A stretch of 64,000 nt of DNA from Tubiluchus corallicola (Eukaryota; Animalia; Priapulida), in contig JAQGDQ010000537.1 in the NCBI GenBank assembly GCA_030141605.1, positions 1 to 64,000 of the forward strand. The letters are read 5' to 3'. Every line of letters starts with the position of its first letter. Position 1 is the first letter of the stretch. A program made the position numbers and the translations under genes. Positions 15,156 to 26,689 of this stretch are shown here, one piece after another. Under the pieces are notes generated by a model that saw only the letters and a program-made list of their open reading frames with translations, made no database searches and had not been told where the DNA came from.

Positions 15156-15552
15156 ATAAGGCAAAAACGCAGGCGTTTTCTACTCATTCAGCACATGCTT
15201 GAGATTAATTCTGTATTTTTCAACGATATCATTTTCATTCATTTTTATTCTAATCTTACAACAATCTGTTGCATTTTTTCGAGCGATCTTTACGCAAAGC
15301 CACGAACTTAAGCACTAAAGCTCTTATTGATCTAGTTACTGAAGATGATAGGTCACATAACGTCGTGATTCCCACGATATTCTCGCGTACGATTTCTTGG
15401 GAGTAGGGAGGGGGTGAGGCAGAAGTTCTTCCCACGGACGGCTAGGCGTGCCAGATAATAGGAGTTACAATTTCTTATTAAACGCGACTTATTCTAGCAA
15501 GGGATATATTAGAATAATTATGTTTGACTTTGTCAATATGTTGAAATCAATG

Positions 15553-15933
15553 AGCCTTTTCGCAGTTTCGTTGTGCGTATGCGCAGTTGCTGTAGGTCAA
15601 AGGTTAAGTGTACCACAGCAACGCGTCTTAACTACAACCGTCACGTGACGTGTGGGTAAAGCAAAGCTGTCTCCCGCATCAGTTCCGTAACGTCTGTTGT
15701 TTTAAGTGGACTTTATTTTATTATGCATTAGTCTGTCTGTAGGGTGATTTGCTAGCAGGATCTTGCTTGGGAACAAGATAAAATGAACTAGGCAATGTTC
15801 TAGCTAGCTGTTAAAACTGTTACTATTATAACAGCATTGGCTGCGAGGCGTTGTCAAGTGTACAGAAATGCGTTGTCTGGCACACTTAACCTTTGACCTT
15901 TTAACGATCATCATCAAACATCGCTGGAACTGT
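15553..15933. mobile_element. Family C MITE, reverse orientation
   Basis: Starts AGCCTTTTCGCAGTT and is the reverse complement of the 42736-43112 copy. Confidence 0.8.
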
Positions 15934-15934
15934 A

Positions 15935-16188
15935 GCGACTTTTCTCGCTAAGTAACTCACAAGTGTGTTCAGACTACAGAGCAAAACTTGCTGCGAGTTA
16001 CTCTACGCTTGCAAGAAGTGACGAGAGTAACTCACCGAGGCGTTCAAACTAAACAGTAAATCAACTCACGATAACTGTCGGTGAGTTTGCAATTTTTTGC
16101 CGACAGTAACTCGCAAAGTTGTTCACACTTGCGAGTTTGCTGTCAGAGAGGAAACTCGCGACAGAAAACTCGATAGTCTGAACCGGCT
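15935..16188. mobile_element. Harbinger-like MITE fragment
   Basis: Right end TAGTCTGAACCGGCT, with internal GTTCAGACT/GTTCAAACT/GTTCACACT and AACTCGC/GCGAGTT motifs. Confidence 0.4.
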
Positions 16189-16800
16189 ATTAGGAATAGC
16201 ATTGTCGAGAACAAGACTAGAATTTGTTTGTATTTTTCGTTTAATGCATTAGACTTATTGTTTTTATCTAAAGTTTGTTCTCGAAAAGTATTACTAGTGT
16301 TTGACGTCCATTGCCGTGTCACCTGTATACTTTTGTAAATGAAAGCAATAAACGAATGAGTTAAACACCATGTTGTACTTATTTACATTATCACGTCATA
16401 ACAGACAATCTGTAAATGAAAATATATGTGTTAGTAGACGTCACAACATATTACAATTCAATATTTAATCACGTGAATATGTATCCTGACACCTACAGTC
16501 TCTTTATTAAGTTTAGAGAGAGTTTTACCTGCACGTCGGGAAAACCTTTTACGGGAAAACGTTTTACCTTTTACTCTATACGTCGGGAAAAGACCTTCTC
16601 CGTCAACTATATCGGCCGTCAGGTCTTTCCCAACGAGTTATTTCCTGCCTTGGACATTATACTAGGTCTCTTCATTAAACAATTACAAGGTTAATGATGT
16701 CATAAGACACTTTCTTATATATATAAAATCCTGGACAGGTTTTTAAATTTAACTTTTCAGTTCGCAGTCTGTTCTCTTAGTCTTAAATCTTCGAAAAAAG

Positions 16801-17005
16801 TAATTAGGGACTTTGATTTGTAGATATCGATCATTTTCCACTAATTAGGGACATTGATTTGTAGATATCGATCATTTTGCAATAATCAGGGACATTCATT
16901 TGTAGACTTCGATCGTTTTCCAATGATTAGGGATATTCATTTGTAGACTTCGATCATTTTCCAATAATTAGGGACATTCATTTGTAGACTTCGATCATTT
17001 TCCAA
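16801..17005. repeat. 41-bp minisatellite, 5 copies
   Basis: Unit TAATTAGGGACATTGATTTGTAGATATCGATCATTTTCCA(C/A). Confidence 0.95.
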
Positions 17006-17381
17006 TTCGAGGCAAATTACACCATGCGCGTTTTCTAAGCTTTCAACAATATACCGTTCACAAAGAGCATTAATTGTTGGCGTCTTTCTACCAGGAATCA
17101 TTAGTACAATTTTCAGCAAAAATACTTGGAAATTGGACACATCCAGCGTACAATTACCTACACGACGCTTAGCACTGAATTGCAAATGAACACTCGAGCC
17201 ATTAGCCTAGCAAATGAAGAAAAATTCTAGGAAAACTAGCAGTAAAAACTTGTTAAACGACCCGGCAGTTGATGATTGAATCCCAACCCGGCTTCGCATA
17301 CGGTTTTTGTAATGAGACAAATTGCAATGGGAATGATATGAAAAAGCGGTGCTGAATGGACGCAAGTGTAGTGTACATTAA

Positions 17382-18476
17382 AGGAAAGGTCAAGCCTTCT
17401 AGGAGGTTATGCTTGTTTCAACGTTCGCGTTAGAAGGACTTTTAATAAAACTACAATAAGCACCTCGTATAATTAGTAACTTCATTTAATGAGGAATTCC
17501 AACCGAAGATAATTCAATTATTCAGATCAACAAACGACTGCAACGAAATTAATGAAGCCAGTTTGTTTTGTTTCTTGAGACCTCATTAACGTGCTTGTGG
17601 AGGAGACGCAACGTTAGTCACGTGTTAATCGCATTACCATATTTGGTATGAATTCATGAGTAGGTCAGCAATATGCAGACACCTGAAATCAGTTTAAAAA
17701 TACTTCTTATCTTGTGCTATCGTAACTACATCATTTTCAATGTGAGCCTGGGTAGAAAATCGTGAAATTTGTAAAACTTTTGTACTTATTTACATATTAA
17801 TAAATTTGATCGAATTTCCGAACTTTAATTACGGATTAATGATGATAATTAATTTCATTGCATTTTCCTAATTATAATTAATACCTAGATTTTAAGTGTG
17901 AATCATTCGCAAGGTAACATTATTCCTCCTAGTTCTAAAAAGTTTAATTAAACAAAAACGACATTAAATGAAAGGTCAAGCCTTCTAGGAGGTTAGGCTC
18001 ATTTCAATGTTCGCGAAAAATGTTAGAAATATTTAGTAATAAAACTGCAGTAAGCACCTCGTGTAATTCGTAAAATTACTTTAACGTCGCGATCACTTCA
18101 TGCTTGGGCGCGCTCCCATTTTGAATGTCCATTCTTCTTCCAATGACGTCATTCGTCTCGAAGAAAAGTAGTGCACTATTAATCTTCATCAAAATATAAG
18201 TTTTTTTTAGAAAAATAGGTACCTAATTTTAAAATATTCTGCAAAAGTTTGAATTAGTGTGAGTAGCGCGCTTACGGAAAGCCACGATGCACTTACGAAA
18301 ACTCACGAAGTCTCCCAGTTACGTCATGATTTTCAAGTGAAAATTTCTATTCAGAGGTAGTAAATTTTAAATTAATGCTTTATAGGCTGTTCTTTGCAAA
18401 GTTCTTTGTTATATTTTATAAGTTTAAGCGGTAACAGTGAAATAAACCCAACACACTGAGTGACTTGTTCTTTATT
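17382..18476. mobile_element. Composite family B: terminal fragment + ~480 bp flank + full inverted B copy
   Basis: TTAA at 17378-81, 17964-67 and 18477-80. 17480-18487 is the reverse complement of ~5400-6417. Confidence 0.85.
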
Positions 18477-18659
18477 TTAAAACACACTCTACTTCCAACA
18501 ACCCTTTTCTTTAATGAAGTTCAATAAACATATGAACGGAATATATATTTACGTGGACTGTAGTCTTCTGAGAAGTCCCTTCCCTTCCGAGAAGTCATTT
18601 TCTTACAGCATTATAAGAGATCTTAAGCTAAACCAGGTATTACTGTGACTGATTCTAAC

Positions 18660-19682
18660 CAGGGGTGTATCAAGACTTTATGATGATGATAAATTTGACG
18701 ATCTCCACGGATAGACTCATAGGTTCATCTCTCATGTCTATGGTTGTGCAGTCCTAATCACACATGTTTAAGTTTTTCATATTAAACCAGAGTAACAAAA
18801 ACAAGTAATTACTTTAGTATTGCCACAATATTTTATTTATTATTTTATTTCAGACTTTTACAGTCTTTAGAACAATAAAAATAAGGCACAAGTAAAAACA
18901 CAGAGTTGGTTTACAGAAACATGGTAAGTTTATATACAAGAAAGAGTTAGTTAGAATGGGCAAATAAAATTCTTTGTAACGACTAAAAAATGTTCGATCT
19001 AAAATTGTATCAATATTGTACAGCAAGTTATTAATAACAGTATTCTGACATTAATAACAGTATAATAATAATTATATAGCAATTATACATATTATATAAA
19101 AATAATGTTTAAATATTACTGGCTTTCAATTAACGGAAATTATCTAGACTAAGAAATTAGTTCTGACTCAAACCACATCTTGTTTTCTTAGTAAAAGTCT
19201 TTAAGATTGCCATTATTTTGCACTAAATAACATTGTCCAATTGAAGCCATGTGACCAGGGGCGTATCAAGACTTTACGACTCCCTAGGCTGATAGTTCTC
19301 TCCCGTCCATCTCTATTGTGAATTTACGATTGTTTACGTAATGAGTAGATTAAACCATTACTTGTGTAGTATTAGAAACACTAATAACCCAGTTTCTACG
19401 TGGTTATTATTAATTACATGTATTTGCATAGTGCTTATATTCAAGTAGGCTGCGCAACTGTTTGTTGTGTAATACTTTGTACCTGTTCGTTATGTGGTAC
19501 TTATATAAAATTGCGCTCAATGACTGCTTGTGGTGTGTTATAAAATGTGCCCTTTACATGAATATGAAAGTATATGTACACATATTTTCCGAGGAGAATA
19601 AGAAATTTTTCTAAAGTGTGCGTCCCTCAAACTTTTGCGCATCGGCTATACCCTAGTTAGCCTATTGGTTAATACGCCCCTG
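18660..19682. mobile_element. hAT-like non-autonomous element with an internal second left end at 19256
   Basis: TIR CAGGGGTGTAT / ATACGCCCCTG; TSD ATTCTAAC / GTTCTAAC (7/8). Confidence 0.7.
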
Positions 19683-20794
19683 GTTCTAACAGTTAATGTT
19701 TTAGAATTTAGATCCAATTTCTCTAAGCTTTTGGTTGGAGACAATGCCGGTATGAAATGTTGCGAGAAAGTTAATAATGTGAAATTTAGTCAGCGTAGTA
19801 AGTCAATCCATGACAGTGCACATTCACTCTTTGCCATGCCAAGACGAAACAACTGAATAGCGTAAAATGCCGCCTACGTGTTACTAAGATTGTTACCAAG
19901 AGCATGCTTGAGTTGACTGAGGATTACATCGTGAGCCCTGGCAGTAATGCGCTGAAGCCTTAACAGGGCAAACGTGAGGTGGCGCGAGGCAGCCGACAAA
20001 GATACTACCTTAATTTCGATTTTTTCTTTGACTGTCGATTAAACTAGTTACTAGATATCCAATTTTGGGTGGATCTGGACTTTGTAAAAATTTGAAATAA
20101 TCAGCAGAAGTATGGGATTTTATTACGTGATTGGCCTCTGATGATTGTACTTCACCTTTTAGTTTTTACCAGACCAATCAATCAGTCAGTCGGCCGGTCG
20201 GCCAGCCAACCAACAACCAACCAGTTAGTCAACCAGTCAATCAATCAATCAACTTATTTCACTCCTACAATACATATACAAATACATCAACATACAAGAT
20301 AATGGGAAAAATAGTATAGGTAAAAAAATCATTGATGAAGTCAAATTAACCAAATAAATGAATTCCTGCATGACACTTTGAAAGCTTGGCCTATTAAGGC
20401 ATCATGAACGAGTGAAAGAAAGAATGGTTAGGGTTAATAGACATGGTAGAATGAAAAAAATAGTAGGAAGAAGGAAGAGAGGGGAGGATGAGTAAATGAA
20501 AGAATGGTTAGGGTTAGTAGACATGATGGAACGGAGAAAATGGTAGGAAGAAGGAAGGGAGGGGAGGAAACGACTACAGTGTACGTTTTAAATTACATAG
20601 TGCTATATTCAATATAAGTAATGGGAAGTCAGTTATTGCTACTGCATGAGATGGAAGCATCGAGATTTTATTATAAGTATGAATCATGAATGATTTTTTT
20701 TCAAGTAGATACTATAAATAGTTTTGGGTATTTTTACTTGAACATTTATTTTATACCATTTGTTTGTGGCTGTGAATTAATTGTCAATGTCGTT

Positions 20795-21095
20795 GATGAT
20801 GATGATGGTGATGATTACGACAATGATGGCGAAGATTATACTGATAACTATGACGATGATGATGAGATGATGACTATGATGGAGATGATAGTGATGATGC
20901 TGATGCTGATGATGATGATGACAGCTATGATGACTATGATGTAGATGATAATGCTGATGATGATGATTATGATGATGGTGATGATTACGACAATGATGCC
21001 GAAGATGATACTGATAACTATGACGATGATGATGACTATGAATGAGAGAATAATGATGATGATGATGGGAATGACGACGACGACGACGATAATGG
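20795..21095. repeat. Degenerate (GAT)n microsatellite
   Basis: Direct reading; includes an internal block duplication. Confidence 0.9.
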
Positions 21096-21606
21096 TGACG
21101 AACGGTTAGTCGTGATTTTCTAAATGCCTAACAACCTTAGCAAGTTGACACGTATAAATTAAAGGCTGTTTCGTAGAAAAAAGATCTGTTATCTCCCAGG
21201 GCTGATAATTTTCTCTTGCTGTCTTGTGCTGTGATTAATTTAACCTTTGTAGTTTTATCATATTATTATCATGTAGTTGTATTATCATATAGCACCTAAG
21301 GGGACTTTCACACGATAATGCTGATTGGGTGTGACATTTTAACAAAACACGTGACGAGTGTACAATGTCTTTCTCACTAGAGTATTCACTCCATTAGCCT
21401 CTTCAGCTGTTGAGAGTGGTTTGCTTCGGATTTTCCGTTGCAGCAAGAAATTTGTTAATTGAAAACTCTGAGAAAAAGATGCTTCAGATTTTCTAATTTG
21501 ATCCCAAAGGAAGGACAGACAGACAGACTGCAACTGCACTGCGAACAAAATTTACTGTCCTTGTGTAAGTTGCAGGTATGTATGTAACTGCGCTATGTTT
21601 GACTCC

Positions 21607-21607
<1 letters not shown>

Positions 21608-21687
<80 letters not shown>

Positions 21688-22127
21688 CCTCTCTCCCCTC
21701 TTTCTCACTCTCTTTCTCTCTCTCTCTCTCCCTTTCTCTCCCTCTCTCCCCTCTCTTTCTCACTCTCTCTCCCTTTCTCTCCCTCTCTCCCCCTCTCCAA
21801 CTCTCTCTCTCTTTCTCTAACTCTTTTTTTTCTCCCTCTCTTCCTCTCCATTTCTCTCCCTCTCCCCCTCTCTCTCCCTCTCTCTTTCTCTTTGTCTCTT
21901 TCCCTCGCTCCCTCTCTCCCCCCTCTTTTTCTCTCTCTCCCTTTCTCCCTCTCGCCCCCCCTCTCTCTTTCTCTTTTTCTACCTCTCTCTCTCTCTCTCA
22001 CACCTGCACATGCAGTTGCACATGCACACACACACACGCACGCACGCACGCACACATACACACGCGCACGCACACGCACACGCACGCACGCACGCACGCA
22101 CGCACACACACGCACACACACACACAC
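21608..22127. repeat. (CT)n polypyrimidine tract followed by (CA)n/(GCAC)n
   Basis: Direct reading. Confidence 0.97.
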
Positions 22128-22459
22128 GTCTCTCTGTCTCTCTCCATTTCAAATATTAGAAACAATTTCTAACCTTTTTAGGCAAGTAAATGGATATTTT
22201 GGACAGTAAATTAAAATGAAATTGAGTCTAATCAACCATTCGGTTTTCCTCTGACCCGTATAAGGATGACAGGCTTCACACATCACCTGCATTATTAACT
22301 AAAGCATAGTCAGACTAACCCAATAAGCTTCTTCAAATTGAAAGTAAGAGTGTTTTAACGATAGTGATTCAGGTTAGATCTCATCTTGATAATGGCTTCT
22401 GATTTGTTTGGCTGTTTTAACTACTACACGTACTCCCCCACGATAACTGGAGCTTTCAA

Positions 22460-22720
22460 AGCAAAACCGGACCCAATCTTAAACTGTAGGTCAAAACAAT
22501 CTACTCTAAAATATTGAAAGGAAACATACTATTTTTTCAAAAATGACTTACGTAAAAGAATTATTCGTTTTTCGCTCTCGCAAACACGTGCAACGCGCTC
22601 GTGGAATATTTTTGCTGTTGAAATTATGTTAGTTTGTGATATCATCAATAGTTGGACTCGCCTGCTGTTAATTAAGATTTTAATCTATTATTTAATTATC
22701 AGAAACGCTCTTGTAGTATT
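22460..22720. mobile_element. Family A copy, internally deleted and truncated
   Basis: Starts AGCAAAACCGG and breaks off where the Penelope-like sequence begins. Confidence 0.8.
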
Positions 22721-23363
22721 AAACATCCAGACACATTAAAGTAAGCATTTGTGAACATTTGGGTATTTCGTCTAGAACTGCCAACAATTAAAAATTTCTA
22801 CTTAATCCAGCATTAATGACCATATTTATTTCTCTGGCCACAAAGCTGATTTTAATAATTTCAGCATTGTGACCAGAACTACAAATGCCATCCAGAACTT
22901 ATTATCCAGTCGTCTCCATCGTCAATAATTGCTGTTCGATTTTCCTAATTGATTAGATAATTCGATCAGGGATAGAGAACCATTCGGGAAATCCAGAACA
23001 ATTATTTGGAGAAAGTTGTAGGGCAAATGTGAAACCGAGAAAATATTTTTTATTACAGCTCAAAAAACTTATTAATAAAAGAAAGTTTATCTATGTACCA
23101 TAATAAGCCTTCTCTTAATGTACAAAGCAGTTCACTTCCTTTAACTTTATTCTCAAACACTTAGCTATTTGTTACTTTATCAATTTCTCTTCTACAGGTC
23201 TGTTTAATCATTATTTATTTGGCTTCTATTAAATACATAATTAGTGCATAATTTACTGTATCAATTTCTTTTCTACAGGTCTGCGTGTTCATTTACGGGT
23301 TCTGTTAAAAATACAATTAGTGCATAATGCATAATGTTCTATATTGTAGACTCTGCCTATATA
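22721..23363 (+). mobile_element. Penelope-like retroelement 3' remnant (GIY-YIG endonuclease C-terminus + 3' UTR)
   Basis: Translates, with frameshifts and stops, as TSRHIKVSICEHLGISSRT...SSINDHIYFSGHKADFNNFSIVTRTTN...ESLS..NKPSLNVQSSSLPLTLF, typical of Penelope GIY-YIG ends. Homologous to 51200-51610 (minus). Confidence 0.85.
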
Positions 23364-23847
23364 GACTAATTGTGTGTTGCAAAGTGTTATAATCACAACT
23401 GGCGTACGCGCTTTCTGATGAAGTTTGCACGCAGTGCTGCTCTCAATAAAAGCTCATTAATTGTTAATTGCAAACTCATTAATTTTATCGTGCCTTATAG
23501 CGCAAAGGGTTGAGCTAAACAGAAATGGAAAGTTCTCTCAAGGGACAGCAGCTATTTGTTGGAATAAGAACCGTAGTAGCCCTGGAGACCGTGTTCGTAT
23601 TAAAAGTTGATAATTAAAGTGCCTGCTTATGGTGCATTATAAGGAGGCATACGCAGATGTCACCACTTGTATTTGTTTTGCTCAGCTTAGTCTAGGCAGA
23701 TGATTTTTTCAGTTCTTAGTGGCGTTAACCAAGAAGCAAGTTTATTATTAACATAATTTAGTTTCGAACACACGTGTACAATTAAGTTAGATAAGTGGTT
23801 CAATTAAAAGAAATTAGTTGACTAGTAGTAATAAATATCAAACATTG

Positions 23848-24075
<228 letters not shown>

Positions 24076-24562
24076 ACTGCAAGCACGGATATTATTTTCA
24101 TACAAGAAGACAAAGCAATTAATTTTAAAAGATACTACACATTCTAATATTTCTTTTCAATCGATATTTTGATAAAAGATTAAAATTCCTCTTTTCAATT
24201 CAACTTATACAAAACTACGATTTTTGCTTAGAATTTAAGAAACGGTTTTAATCATGTCTTGTCAGTCAAAAGACTCAAAACTGTCTTATAATTTTTTTCG
24301 CGAACAATGCAATTAATTTTAGACTTGAGTTACAACTCACAAGTGTAAGCAGAAAGCTCCTGGTTCAAGCCCAGGCTGTATCCCAACTTTTCACATTTCT
24401 TGTCTTTCAAGTTTGATATCAAAATTCAATTAATTATTTTTTGTAACATCGTTAATAATAGTCTACACATTAACATTATAACAATCATCTATCTGACAAT
24501 CTTTAATATTGAATGATGATATTAAGTATATCCAGGGTTACTATTTTGCGTTTTCAGTAATA

Positions 24563-24935
24563 AGCATTTCCACAGTTCTAGCGATTGATGATGATCGTGA
24601 AAAGGTCAAAGGTTAAGTGTATCAGACAATGCAGTTGTGTACACTTGACAACGCCTCGCATCCTAAGCTATTGCAATATCAACCTAACAAGAACCTTACC
24701 TAGTTCATTTTCTGTTCTCAAGCAAGGTCCTGCTAGTAAATCACTCTACGCACAGACTATATGCATAAGTAAAGTGCACGTAAAACAACCGAAGCTTCTG
24801 AACTGCTGACGCGGCAGATGACCTTGCCTTGCCCACACGTCACCTGACAGTTGTAGTTAAGACGCGTTGCTGTGGTACACTTAACCTTTGACCTACAGCA
24901 ACCGCGCGTGTGTCCTATGAAACGGTGAAAAGGCT
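24563..24935. mobile_element. Family C MITE (TA TSD; possibly ISL2EU/Harbinger-like)
   Basis: TA|AGCATTTCCACAGTT...AACGGTGAAAAGGCT|TA. Confidence 0.82.
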
Positions 24936-25021
24936 TAATATTGATTTTTTTGTTTTTGCTGAAAACAAAAAGATGAAGAAACTTAATCACAGACACTCAT
25001 GCGTCGACATTATCTCTATAA

Positions 25022-25576
25022 AGGAAAGGTTAAGCCTTCTGGCAAGCTAATCTTATTTCAATGTTCACATAAGTAAATAGAAAGGTTCAGTAATAAATGT
25101 GTGATAAACACTTCGTGTAACTAGTAAAATCTCTTTAAAGTCGCGATCATTTCACGCTTGGGCGCTGCCATTCTGACCTCCAATGCTTCCACCAATGACG
25201 TCATTCATCGGCTGGAAAAAGCAGCCTACGTTATTTTCCGTCAAAAGTGTAACAGGTTTCTATAAAAAAAGAGACTTCTAATTTTGTGATATTTTTGCAT
25301 GAACATTAGGTATCCTACAGAACTTTGCATTTGTTTAATAAACTCGCGCTTACGGAAAGCCACGATGCTCTTACGAAAATCCACGAAGTCCATCAGTTAT
25401 ACGATGATTTTCAAATGAATGGCGCCTACCACACGCCTGAAAATTCTATACGACAGTAGTATACACTAAACTTATGCTTTACAGACAGTTCTTATGCAAA
25501 TTTCTTTAATATATTTTCAAAGTTTAAGTGATAACAGTAAAATAAACACAACATACTGAGTAACTTGTCCTTTCCT
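25022..25576. mobile_element. Family B full copy, reverse orientation
   Basis: ATAA|AGGAAAGGTTAAG...CTTGTCCTTTCCT|TTAA. Confidence 0.85.
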
Positions 25577-26689
25577 TTAAGCCTATTACTTGCCTTGAAT
25601 TATAAACTGAATGACGGACATTATCTCTACTTATTAGCGCATTTTTATTAACTTCCACATTTACTATATTATATCTACGTGATCAAACATACAGTGGCAA
25701 TATATTACAGGCTGCACTGCAATTAATTTCTGCAGATGAGTAATGCCTGTAAACGTAGGAAGCCAGGTTTAGAAAACAGGTGCAAAGGTACAATATACCT
25801 GGGCTTCATTATTGCAAGTGCAGTGCTATCATTAATCTCACGCTGAGCAAACAGACTGGCAGTAGGTGATAGCTGCTTGTCGTGGTGTAGAGTATTGCCT
25901 GCAATATTATGCACACTATAATGACAAGGGTCACTTTAATTAAGCACGAGGGCGGATCCAAGTCAGGGGGAGGGGGTTGTTAAATTTTCCTGATTCAAGA
26001 TACGGGGAAAACATGGGGAAAAACAACACTTAAACGGAATGGTGGTGCAACGCGTTAGCTGATGTTTGTGAGCATGCAAGTTAAATCAATACTTTTGAGG
26101 ACATGTGGTTCATCCGGTTGGCCATTTGTGTAGTGCGGATACACCTTGATCTGGTCCATATATAGGGCCTTTGATTTTGGCCTACCTAATTATATAAGGC
26201 CTGTAACTTGGCCTTCATAATTATATAGGACCTTTGACTTGGCCTACATAATTATATAAGGCCTTTATATAAATTATATTGTTTTCCGTCTGCGAGGTTA
26301 TAAGTTCGATACCGCGGTCGGTTCATACCATATACTTTAAAAATGGCATACCTGCTGTGACGCGCGTAAAAATGGGGGTAACAGAGATCTGTTATGTAGA
26401 TGCAGTTTATTTATCGGCGATAAAGGCTTAATGGCTATGGTGTCTGTTGAGTTTAAAATAAAGGTTGTTATTATTATTACTGTTATTGTTATTGTTGTTT
26501 TCGCCGTTACTGCTGTTGTCGTTGTCGATGTTGCTTTTGCTGTATTTGTTGTTGTTGTCGTTGTTGCTGTTGCTGTTACTGCTGTTGCTGTTGTTATTAT
26601 ATTATCGTTATCATTAATATTATTATTATCATCAGTCATCATCATTACTCGTGGCGTAAGTTTAATTAGCCGAGTAACTGCAAAATAAT

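Noticed and set aside
23418-23430. CTGATGAAG as another hammerhead core
   Set aside because: No helix II or GAAA box follows, and Penelope homology ends before this point.
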